Shown one piece after another: positions 20,132 through 30,424 of a stretch of 64,000 nucleotides of DNA; the first letter of the stretch is position 1; every line of letters begins with the position of its first letter. Source of the stretch: an uncultured Planctomycetaceae bacterium (lineage in GTDB: Bacteria > Planctomycetota > Planctomycetia > Planctomycetales > Planctomycetaceae). The translations under genes and the position numbers were made by a program. The stretch lies in contig CAWFAK010000013.1 of assembly GCA_963813715.1 (NCBI GenBank), positions 77,523-141,522 on the forward strand. The letters are read 5' to 3'. The notes beneath the pieces were generated by a model. That model had not been told where the DNA came from. It saw nothing but the letters and a program-made list of their open reading frames with translations, and made no database searches.

Positions 20132-23100
20132 TTGTGCTGGCTGATCGCCTGCCGTCGCTGCTCTCGGCTCGCGCGTCGGCCAGCGAGGTCACGCTCAACG
20201 GCCACGTCTTCACGCTTCCCGACGGCTTCGAGATCGAGCTGATCGCCGGGCCGCCACTGGTTAATCGGCCGATTACCGGCGCGTTCGATGAACAGGGGCG
20301 GCTCTACGTTGCCGATTCGTCAGGATCGAACGATCCGGTCCAAAAGCAGCTGGCCGAGCGACCGCATCGCATTTTGCGGCTCGAGGACACCGACGGCGAC
20401 GGCCGGTTCGATCGCCACACCGTGTTTGCCGACAAGATGATGTTCCCCGAGGGGACGATGTGGCTGGACGGTTCGCTCTACGTTTCCGCCGCTCCCACCA
20501 TCTGGAAGCTGACCGACACCAACGGCGACGGCGTGGCCGATCGTCGCGAGGAGTGGCTCACCCGCACGCTCACCGGCTGCGCAAACGATCTGCACGGCCC
20601 CTACCCCGGTCCCGACGGTTGGATCTATTGGTGCAAGGGAGCCTTCGCCCGCCAGACCTACCAGTTGCCGGGGCACGAGCGGGTGGCTTCGGCCGCGGCC
20701 CACATCTTTCGCGCGCGGCGTGACGGCTCCGGGCTCGAGCCGGTGATGACCGGCGGCATGGATAACCCGGTCGACGTCGTTTTCACGCCCGGCGGCGAGC
20801 GGATCTTCACGACGACGTTCCTGGTGCATCCGCAGGAGGGCCAGCGCGACGGGCTGATTCATGCCATCTATGGCGGCGTCTACGGCAAGGATCACCACGT
20901 CATCAATGGGCACCCGCGGACCGGCGACCTGATGCCGCCGCTGGTGCACCTCGGTCCCGCGGCCCCCTGCGGCCTCGTCCGTTACGAATCGACGGCGTTC
21001 GGCAAGCGATTACCGCGACAATCTCTTCGCCTGCTGCTTCAACATGCGGAAGATCACGCGGCACGTGCTGACGCCGGACGGCGCCACGTTCCAGGCCGCG
21101 ACCACCGACTTCCTCGTCTCCAACAATCTCGATTTTCATCCGACCGATATTTTGGAAGACGCCGACGGCAGCCTGATCGTGATCGACACGGGCGGCTGGT
21201 ACAAACTCTGCTGCCCCACGTCGCAGCTCTGGAAGCCCGATATCCTCGGAGGCATCTATCGCGTTCGCCGCAAAGGCTCGCCGAAGATCGACGATCCGCG
21301 CGGCCTGAAGCTCGGTTGGAAGATGGCTTCACTCGAGTCGATCTCCAATCGCCTGAAAAGCCCTCAGCCGGTACTCGACCCGGAGGTCGATTCGCTCGAA
21401 TCGCTGGCGAAACGGCTGGGCGATCCGCGGCCCGTGGTTCGTCACCGGGCGATTGAGGAGTTGGGAACGCGCGGCGCGCACGCCGTGCCGATACTCGCCG
21501 CGGTGCAGAAAGGACCGAGCATCGAGGCTCGCCGCAATGCACTGTGGGCATTGGTGCGGATCGACGAGCCGGCTGCCCGCGCCGCGGTTCGTGCCGGGCT
21601 TTCCGATCCGGATGAAACGGTTCGCCAGGTCGCGGCCCATTGTGTCAGCTTGCTCCGCGATGCCGCGGCCGTTCCTCAGCTCCTCGAATTGCTCAAACAG
21701 AACGATCCGCAGAATCAGCGAGTCGCCGCCGAAGCCCTCGGCCGGATTGGCGACAAGTCGGCGGTGAAGCCGCTCTTGGAAGCGGCCGGCCGATTGTCGA
21801 CGCCTCCGTCGCTCGTGGCAGTCGCTGGACAGCCACCGTTTGAACCAGTCTGGGTACCGCATTGGCCGGAGGCACGCATCCTCGAACACTCACTGGTTTA
21901 TGCCCTGATCGAGATTGCCGATCCGACTGGGACTCGCGCGGGCCTTGCCAGCAACGATGCGTCCATCCAGCATGCCGCAGTCATTGCCCTCGATCAGATG
22001 CCGGGCGGCGGATCGGATCCCAAAGCGGTCTTCGCCTTGTTGACATCGTCTCAGCCTTGGCTCAAGCAGGCTGCTTCTTGGATCATCGGACGGCATCCTG
22101 AATGGGGCGATGCCTTGGCTGGCAATCTGCGTGAAAGGATGGCGAAAGCGGGCGACAGCTATTCTGAATGGAACGAAATCGAGCCCTACCTCGCGCAATT
22201 CTCGGGAAGTGACGCCGTGCAGGCGCTGCTGGCCAAAGCGCTCGCGGATCCGCATCCGTCGCGCGCGGCCCGGATCGCCGTCCTTAATGCGATGCTCGCG
22301 GCGAAGCCCAAGCAGTTGCCGTCGGCTTGGGTCGACGCCCTGTTGCCTTTGCTCAAGCAAAACGACTTCTTCCTCGCCGGCAGCGTGGTCCCGATTTTCC
22401 GGTCAACTCCGCCTGGCAAGGACCGGACTGCCGCGACGGGGGCGGCGCTGATCGAGCTGGCAAATCTGCCCAACGTGCCGAGCGACATCCGGCTCGATGC
22501 ACTCGCTGCCGTTCCCGGAGGGTTGCCGCAGGTCGACGCGTCCACCTTTGCGTTTCTGCGAGCGAACCTCAATCCGGAGCTGCCCGTCGCGACGCGGGCA
22601 GCCGCGGCCGGAGTGTTGTCGACCGCTCGGTTGACTTTGTCGCAGCTGTCCGAACTGACCGACTCGCTCAAAACGGTCGGACCGCTCGAGATCGATCGCT
22701 TGCTCGCGGCTTACGAAAACTGCGCAGACGAAGCGATCGGGCTCAAGCTGATTGCCGCGCTGAAGGCCTCGCCCACGCTGGGGGCGCTGCGGGTCGACTC
22801 GGTCGAGCGGCGGATCAAACAGCAGCCGGCGTCAGTGCACGCGCAGGCCGAGCAGCTCTATCGGCTGATCAATGTCGACATCGAGAAACAACGGCAGAAG
22901 ATCGCGGACATGCTGCCGTTGGTCCACCGGGGGGATGTGCGGCGAGGCCAGCAAGTCTTCGCCCGCACGACCGTCGCCTGCACGGCGTGCCATCAGTTCG
23001 GCTACAAGGGGGGACACATTGGCCCCGATCTCACCAACATCGGCAAGATTCGAGCCGAGCGGGACTTGCTCGAAGCCATCCTCTATCCGAGCGCCAGTTT

Positions 23101-23347
23101 CGTGCGGAGCTTCGAGCCGGTCCAAGTGGTGACCAAGGCGGGCAAGGTCTATAACGGCCTCGAGCGGTCCGGCGCGGCGGACGAGATCGTGCTGGTGACG
23201 AGCGCGACCGAAACCGTCCGCGTGTCCCGCGACCAGATCGAAGAGATGCGGCCGGGCACCGTATCGGTGATGCCGGCCGGCCTCGACAAGCAGCTCTCGC
23301 AGCAAGATCTGGCCGACCTGGTCGCCTTTCTAGCCCACGCGAAGTGA
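20076..23347 (+). CDS. PVC-type heme-binding CxxCH membrane-bound dehydrogenase-like protein (start uncertain; frameshift near 21005)
   Basis: LPDGFEIELIAGPPLV, EDTDGDGRFD beta-propeller motifs, HEAT repeats, CTACH heme motif, IGPDLT, VSVMPAGL. Confidence 0.88.
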
Positions 23348-23354
23348 GACGGCG

Positions 23355-24620
23355 GTGAAAACCGGGCCTAACTCGCGATGTGTGCCTGGTCGCCCGATCG
23401 CCTGGTGGCTGGCCATTTGTGTTGGCCTTGCGCTGTGCGCGGACTCGCGTGCGAGCGCGGCCGACGACCTACAACCGGTGACGAGCGTCACGCCGGATGC
23501 CGCGTGGACCGCGGTCTTCGATCGCACCGACGGCTGGACCGGGGCCGACTGTGCGGGCTCTGTGGATCTCGGCGATGGCCGCACGCTGTGGGTGTTCGGC
23601 GACACGTGGCTCGGCAAGATCCGCGACGGCAAACGTCAACCCGGCGCGACGATGGTCAACAACTCGATCGCCGTCCATCCGACGGACAAGTTGGCTCCGT
23701 GGCGTCCCCCCGACCCTCGCCGCGTGCAATTCGTCTGGGGAGTGGACAACAAAGACGGGAAGCCGACCGCTTGGGCTGTGCCGCCGGTGATCGCAGGCGA
23801 TGCAGCATCCGCGCACGATTGGCTCTGGTGTAACGGCGGTGGCGTTGTGGGCATGGGCCCGCGCGGAAAGGAGCAGCGGCTCGTCGTCTTTTTCTTTCGT
23901 GTCCGCCACAACCCGCACGGTCAAGGCGTGTGGGCATTCACCACCGTCGGGACATGCCTGACCGTCATCGACAACGTGGGCGATCCGCCGGAGCGCTGGC
24001 GGCCCAAGTTTTACGATCTGCCCCGCACGTCGGCCGGCGTCTCGAATGACGGTCGCGAGATCTTGTGGGGACTGTCGGCCAGCCGCGAGGGGGCCGCTTC
24101 TCACCACGAGGACCACCTGCGCATTTTCGGCACGCTGCGAAGGGGCCGGTTCGAGATGTCGTTGGTGCTGGCCCGCGCGACGTCCGCCACGATCGATCGG
24201 CTCGAACTCGAGTTCTTCGACGGGACGGTGTGGCGGCCGAACTGTGAGGCCTGCGCCAAGCCACTCGCCGGCGGACTCGTCAGCGAGTTCTCGGTCGAAG
24301 AGATGAACAACGCTGGCAAGCCGACTTGGGTGCTGATTCAAAGCGAACCGTTTCTCGGCAAACGCATTTTCGCCCGCACCGCCCCAAAGCCCGAGGGCCC
24401 CTGGTCGCTCCGGCGGACCATCTACACCGTTCCCGACGTCGCGGCGAGCCGTGCCTACTTCACGTACGCAGCCAAGGGGCACGCGGCCCTCTCGCGGCCC
24501 GGCGAGCTGTTGGTGACGTTCCTCGTCAACTCGCAGAATTTCGCCGACGTGGTCCGCGACACGACGATCTATCACCCCAAGTTCCTGCGGGTGCCGCTCA
24601 GCGCGGTTTTGGGACGCTAG
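23355..24620 (+). CDS. Secreted DUF4185/DUF5005-like beta-propeller protein
   Basis: Signal peptide; GWTGADCAGSVDLGDGRTLWVFGDTW, MVNNS, APKPEGPWS, TYAAKGH. Confidence 0.75.
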   Translation: MKTGPNSRCVPGRPIAWWLAICVGLALCADSRASAADDLQPVTSVTPDAAWTAVFDRTDGWTGADCAGSVDLGDGRTLWVFGDTWLGKIRDGKRQPGATMVNNSIAVHPTDKLAPWRPPDPRRVQFVWGVDNKDGKPTAWAVPPVIAGDAASAHDWLWCNGGGVVGMGPRGKEQRLVVFFFRVRHNPHGQGVWAFTTVGTCLTVIDNVGDPPERWRPKFYDLPRTSAGVSNDGREILWGLSASREGAASHHEDHLRIFGTLRRGRFEMSLVLARATSATIDRLELEFFDGTVWRPNCEACAKPLAGGLVSEFSVEEMNNAGKPTWVLIQSEPFLGKRIFARTAPKPEGPWSLRRTIYTVPDVAASRAYFTYAAKGHAALSRPGELLVTFLVNSQNFADVVRDTTIYHPKFLRVPLSAVLGR

Positions 24621-24772
24621 TCGGCAAATCTGCGGGCGGCCGCAAATTCCGCTCATCTTGCCTAACCGGTCCTGCCGATCTTTTAAATGAGGCTGCGCGA
24701 CCGGTCCGTCCCGATTGGGCTCAAGTCGCGGCGAGACTGCGACATGAGCAGGCGGCACAGGGAGGGCCGGGC

Positions 24773-26766
24773 TTGATCGTTGCCTGTTTGCAAGAGGCCC
24801 TGCGGCACCATCAGGCCGGCCGGCTCGCCGAGGCCGAGGGGCTTTACCGCCGCGTGCTCTCCGTCGATCCCCAGCAGGCCGACGCGCTGCACCTCTTGGG
24901 AATGGCGGCGCAGACGCGGGGCCGACTGGACGAGGCCCACCAGCTCGTCAGCCGGGCCGTCGAGCTCAAGCCGGCCGAGGCGATTTTCATTTCCAATCTG
25001 GGCGTCGTGCTCGAAGCGCAGGGGCGTTTTCGCGAGGCCGAGGCCGCCTATCGCCGGGCGCTCGAGCTCAATCCGCGGCACGCCGAATCGATCAACAATC
25101 TGGGCAACATCCACCGTTCGGCCTGGCGGATCGCATGAAGCCGCACGGGCGTATCGCGCGGCCCTCGAGCAGCGGCCCGACTTTGCGATGGCCCACGGGA
25201 ACCTGGGCACCACGTTCGCCGACCGGCAGAAATTCGACGAGGCGATCGCCTGCTACCGCCGGGCGCTGGCGCTCGACGATCGATTGCCCGAACGCGCGCA
25301 AGAACCTTGCGGTGGCGTTGGCCGATCAGGGGCATTTTTCGGAAGCCAGCGACGAGTTGAGCCGGGCCCGTGTGCAGAACCCGGACGACAGTGGCCTCAA
25401 GATTCGCCAGGCGCTCCTGCTGCCGGTGATTTCCGCATCAGTGGCGGCGATCGACGAGCGCCGCGGGCAACTCGAGACCGACCTGGACCGCCTGCTCAAA
25501 GACGATCTGCACGTCCGCGATCCGCTGACCGAGACGCCAGGGCCCGCGTTTTATCTGACTTATCACGGCCGCAACGACGTCGGACTGCAGCGAAAAATCG
25601 CCGCCGTCTATTGCCGGGCCGTGCCTTCGCTCGACTTTACGGCGCCGCATTGTCGCAGCGGACGCGCGACGGGGCATTCGCCTCTCCGCGTGGGATTGAT
25701 TTCACGATTTTTCTATCGGCATTCGGTCGCCGACCATTATGCCGGGCTGCTGCGGGCCTTCCCTCGCGACCAGGCGCGATACACGCTGTTGCGGGTGACG
25801 GGGCCGGAAGACGAAGTCTCGCGGGCGATCGACGCCTCGGCCGACCGCGTCGTCCGCCTCTCCACGCATCTCGCCGAGGCCCGCGAGCAGGTGGCCGCCG
25901 AAGAGCTCGACGTTCTCTTCTACACGGACATCGGCATGGATCCGTGGACGTACTTTCTGGCCTTCTCGCGATTGGCCCCCGTGCAATGCGCGACGGTTGG
26001 TCAGCCGGGCACGACGGGGATTCCCAACGTCGACTACTTCGTATCGTCGGACCGGCTCGAGCCCGTGTGCGGACAATCGCACTACTCCGAACGGCTCGTG
26101 CGTCTGCGGGATATCCCACACGTTTTCGAACGGTCGCGGATGCCCGAGAATCCGCTCGACCGCGGCGGCATTCCGCTGCCAGCCGACGCCCGCTGGTACG
26201 TCTGCCAGCAGACACTGTTCAAGATTCATCCGGAATTCGATTTCGTGCTCGGAAACATCCTGCGGCGCGATCCGGCGGGCATCGTTGTGCTGTTCGAGGG
26301 GCAAGTGTCGACGTGGAAGGCCTTGCTGCAGGAACGGCTACGGCGGTCGATTCCCGATGTCGTTGATCGCGTGATGTTTTTGCCGCGATTAAAGCGTGAC
26401 GAATATTTCGGGCTGATCGCCCAGGCCGACGTGCTGCTTGACACGATGCACTACGGTGGCGGCACGACGGCCATGCACGCCCTGGCCCTGGGGACGCCGC
26501 TCGTCAGTCTTGCCGGCGAATTCAATCGCGGCCGCGTCGCCCAGGCGCTCTTTCAAAGGATGGGAATCTTGGATTGCCTGGCAACGACGCCGAACGACTA
26601 CGTCGACCGCGCGGTTCGCCTCGCCAACGAGCGCGGGCTGCGCGAGTCGCTGCGTGGGCGAATCCTCGAACGCTGCGGCGTCTTGTTCTCGAACCCGGCG
26701 CCCGCGGCCGAGCTGGAGGCGTTCTTCGTCGACGCGGTGCGACGCTCAAGCGCAGGTGCCGCATGA
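24773..26766 (+). CDS. TPR + GT41 (SPINDLY/OGT-like) glycosyltransferase (frameshifts near 25125 and 25295)
   Basis: TPRs (ALRHHQAGRLAEAEGLYRRVL...); LRVGLISRFFYRHSV, LDVLFYTDIGMD, RLAPVQ, QTLFKIHP, DVLLDTMHYGGGTT; TTG start after GGAGG. Confidence 0.88.
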
Positions 26767-27665
26767 GCGGTTACCGGAGCGGCGAGTACGCGGCGGCCCT
26801 GGTCGATTTGGGCCGACCCGTCGAGTTGCCGCACTGTAGCGGCTGGCTGCTCGAGCGGACAATCGCCGGCACCGATCAAGGCGATGCGATCGGCCCGTAT
26901 CCGCTCTTTGGCTGCCGCCGCTGGGCCGAACTGCCGCGTGATCTGGACCGGTTGCGAACCCGGGTGGTGGCCGTGGCGCTCGTGCCCGATCCGTTCGGCG
27001 ACGCGCCGGCTGATCTGACGGCCTGCTTTCCGGATGTCTGCCGGCCGTTCAAGGAACATTTCGGCGTCGATTTCTCTCGCGATTGGCGGGCCGCGATCTC
27101 ACCCCATCATCGCCGCAACGTGCGGGCCGCGGCGCGGAGTGTCGAAGTCGAGCGCTGCGTCGATCCCCGCGCGCAGCTGGAAACGTGGTGCGAGCTCTAC
27201 CAGCAGCTCGCGACGCGACACACGCTCTGCGGCCCCGCGAATTTCTCGCAAGCGAGCTTCGAGCGGCAGCTGACCGTGCCGGGGATCACCGTGTTTCGCG
27301 CCGCGTCTGAAGGAAAAACCGTGGCGATGGCCCTCTGGTATCGCGATGGCGACGTGGCTTACTACCACTTGGGCGCCTGCGACGCGCGAGGCTACGAGCT
27401 GTCCGCGATGTTCGCCTTGTTCGACGTCGCGTTAGGCCACTTTGCCGCCTGGGGCGCGCGCTGGGCCCAACTCGGCGGTGCGGCCGGCTGGCAGGGAGCG
27501 GGCGGCGGATTAGCCCGGTTCAAGGCCGGCTGGTCCAACGAACGGCGAACGGCCTGGTTCTGCGGCCGCGTGCTCGACCGGCTCGCCTATGAGCGACTGC
27601 TGAGCGGGCGGACCGAGCGGCCGGGCGAGTTTTTCCCTGCCTATCGACGACCGGAGGCCGCGTGA
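26763..27665 (+). CDS. GNAT-fold (FemAB/BioF2-like) acyltransferase
   Basis: HHRRNVRAAAR, AYYHLGAC, QLGGAAG...GLARFKAGW; ATGA overlap with the upstream gene. Confidence 0.8.
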   Translation: MSGYRSGEYAAALVDLGRPVELPHCSGWLLERTIAGTDQGDAIGPYPLFGCRRWAELPRDLDRLRTRVVAVALVPDPFGDAPADLTACFPDVCRPFKEHFGVDFSRDWRAAISPHHRRNVRAAARSVEVERCVDPRAQLETWCELYQQLATRHTLCGPANFSQASFERQLTVPGITVFRAASEGKTVAMALWYRDGDVAYYHLGACDARGYELSAMFALFDVALGHFAAWGARWAQLGGAAGWQGAGGGLARFKAGWSNERRTAWFCGRVLDRLAYERLLSGRTERPGEFFPAYRRPEAA

Positions 27666-28877
27666 GCAGAGTCAAGATGTCCGCGAAGCTGGCGATCTTC
27701 GGCCATCGGCCCGTGTTCGACGCGCCCCTGCACGTCGGCCGGCCCAATCTCCCGGACAAGCAGGCGGTGCTCGAGCGGATCGCGGGAGTTCTCGATTCGG
27801 GCTGGCTCACCAACGGCGGCCCGTTAGTGCAGGAATTCGAGCGTCGGCTTACACAGGAAACGGGCGCGAAACATTGCCTTGCCGTCTCGAACGGCACGGC
27901 GGCGCTCGAGCTGGCGTCTGCGGGCACTGGGGCTCGCGGGCGAGGTGATCGTCCCGTCCTACACGTTCATCGCGTCGGCCCACGCGGTCGCCTGGCAGGG
28001 ATTGCGTCCCGTGTTCTGCGACGTCGATCCGGCCACGCACACGCTCGATCCGGAGCAGGTGGCACGCCTGATCACACCGCAAACGGCCGCCATCCTGGGA
28101 GTCCACTTGTGGGGACGGCCCTGCGATATCGACGGGCTGGCCGCCGTCGCGCACGAACACGGCATTCCGCTGCTCTTTGATGCCGCGCACGCGTTCGGCT
28201 GCACGTACCGGGGACGGCCGATTGGCGGTTTCGGCGCGTGCGAGACGTTCAGCTTTCACGCGACGAAGTTCGTCCACTGCGGCGAAGGCGGGGCCATTGC
28301 CACGAACGACGACCGCCTGGCCGAGCGGCTGCGACTCTTGCGGAACTTCGGCTTTGCCGGCTACGACCGCGTAACTTCGCTCGGCACCAACGCCAAGCTG
28401 AGCGAGCTGGCGGCCGCGATGGGCCTGGCGTCGCTCGACCACATGGAGACGATCGTCGCCGCCAATCGACGCAACTACGAAGCTTACGCAAGTTGCCTGC
28501 GGTCGCTGCCCGGGATCACACTCTTGCCGCACGACGCGACTGAGACGAGCAACTATCAGTACGTCGTGGTCGAGGTCGACCCGCAGCAAGCCGGCCTCTC
28601 GCGAGACGAGTTGGTGACCGTGCTGCAGGCGGACAACGTGCTGGCCCGCCGTTATTTCTCGCCGGGCTGCCACCGCATGGAGCCCTACTGCTCCGATCCG
28701 CTCGCGGCGCCGCGGCCTTTGCCCGTCACCGAGCGACTGGCCGAGAGCGTGCTCGCCCTGCCGACAGGACTGCAGCTCGACGAGTCGGCCGTCGTGCGGA
28801 TCGGCGAGATCGTGTCGCGGGCGATCGAGCACGCGGCCGCAATTCGCAGGCAACTCGGACGCCGCCGCGCAGCTTGA
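27662..28877 (+). CDS. DegT/DnrJ/EryC1/StrS sugar aminotransferase, VioA/DesI-like (frameshift near 27918)
   Basis: LHVGRPNLP, WLTNGGP, FDAAHAFG, SFHATK (PLP lysine), GEGGAI, GTNAKLSE; GTGA overlap with the GNAT gene. Confidence 0.9.
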
Positions 28878-28924
28878 CGAGGCGAGCGGCAGGTGTCAGC
28901 CTGCCGGTTCTTGCAGATCGCGCC

Positions 28925-30385
28925 TCAGGCGAGGATCGGTCGCACGACATTGCCGCTGACGTCGGTCAGGCGGAAATCGCGGCCGGCGTGGCGGAAGGTC
29001 AGCCGCTCGTGGTCGAAACCCAGTGCGTGCAGGATCGTCGCCTGCAGATCGTGCACGTGCACGCCGTTTTCGACGACGTGGAAGCCCAGGTCGTCGGTCT
29101 TGCCGTGGACGATGCCCGGCTTGATGCCGCCGCCGGCCATCCACATCGTGAAGGCCTGCGGGTGATGGTCGCGGCCCAGCTTGCGGCCGAGCACCGGGTG
29201 GCTTTCGACCATTGGCGTGCGGCCGAATTCGCCGCCCCAGATGACGAGCGTTTCGTCCAACAGGCCCCGCTGCTTGAGATCCTGCACGAGAGCCGCCGCA
29301 CCCTGGTCGGTGGCCGCACAATTCTGGCGGTGGTTGCCGTTCAGGTCGCTGTGGGCGTCCCAGCCTTCGTGATAGATGTTGATGAACCGCACGCCCCGCT
29401 CGACCATCCGCCGCGCGAGCAAACAGGCGCGGGCGAACGTCGGCTTGTCGGGATCGCACCCGTAAAGTTCCAGCGTGGCCCGGCTCTCGCTGCGGAGGTT
29501 CATCAGCTCGGGGGCCGAACTCTCCAGGCGGTCGGCCATTTCGTACGAGGCGATGCGGGTGGCGATTTCCGGGTCGCCCACGATGTCGAGCCGGCGGCGA
29601 TCGAGATTCTCCACCAGGTCGAGCGTGTCTCTTTGCGATTGGCGGCTGACGCCAGCCGGGCGCGACACATTCAAGATCGGGTCGCCCTGGTTCCGGAAGC
29701 GGACCCCGGTGTAGACGGTCGGCAGCATGCCGCTCGACCAGTTGGCCGCGCCGCCGCTGATGCCTGAGCCGGTCGACATGACGACGAACGCGGGCAAGTC
29801 GCTCGTCTGCGCCCCCAGGCCGTAGACCACCCACGAGCCGAGGCTGGGCCGACCCGGCTGCGCGGCCCCCGTGTTGAGAAACAGCTGGGCCGGGGCGTGA
29901 TTGAACTGGTCGGTGTGCATCGAGCGGATCAGGCATACGTCGTCCACGATCTTGCCAAAATGCGGCAGGATGTCGGCGATCTCGACGCCCGATTCCCCGC
30001 GGCGGACGAAGCGGAACCGCGGCCCGAGCACGGCCGCATCCGAACGAATGAATGCGTAGCGCTGGCCGCCGATGATCGAGGGCGGGATCGGCTTCCCTTC
30101 GAACTCGGCTAGCTTGGGCTTGGGATCGAAGAGATCGAGATGGCTCGGCGCCCCCGCCATGAACAGGTGGATGACCGCCTTCGCCCGTCCCCTGTAGGGC
30201 GACGTTCTGGCGACGAGTGATTCGCTGGCACGGCTGGCCGCCGCGGCCCCCGCGCGGGTGAGCACGCCCGAGAAAAGCCCGGCCAGCGCGATCCGTCCCA
30301 GGCCGACGCCGCACTGCTCGAAGAACCAGCGTCGCGTGACGAGCTGAGGATCGCAATTTCGATAAAGGAGCGACTGACAATTCAT
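28925..30385 (-). CDS. DUF1501 family protein with Tat-like signal
   Basis: TRRWFFEQCGVGLG; AKAVIHLFMAGAPSHLDLFDPKP, FNHAPA, WDAH, GEFGRTP, GRDHHP. Confidence 0.92.
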   Translation of the reverse strand: MNCQSLLYRNCDPQLVTRRWFFEQCGVGLGRIALAGLFSGVLTRAGAAAASRASESLVARTSPYRGRAKAVIHLFMAGAPSHLDLFDPKPKLAEFEGKPIPPSIIGGQRYAFIRSDAAVLGPRFRFVRRGESGVEIADILPHFGKIVDDVCLIRSMHTDQFNHAPAQLFLNTGAAQPGRPSLGSWVVYGLGAQTSDLPAFVVMSTGSGISGGAANWSSGMLPTVYTGVRFRNQGDPILNVSRPAGVSRQSQRDTLDLVENLDRRRLDIVGDPEIATRIASYEMADRLESSAPELMNLRSESRATLELYGCDPDKPTFARACLLARRMVERGVRFINIYHEGWDAHSDLNGNHRQNCAATDQGAAALVQDLKQRGLLDETLVIWGGEFGRTPMVESHPVLGRKLGRDHHPQAFTMWMAGGGIKPGIVHGKTDDLGFHVVENGVHVHDLQATILHALGFDHERLTFRHAGRDFRLTDVSGNVVRPILA

Positions 30386-30424
30386 GGAGAAACTTTCGAG
30401 CCGCGGCCGGCCGACGTGTGTACG

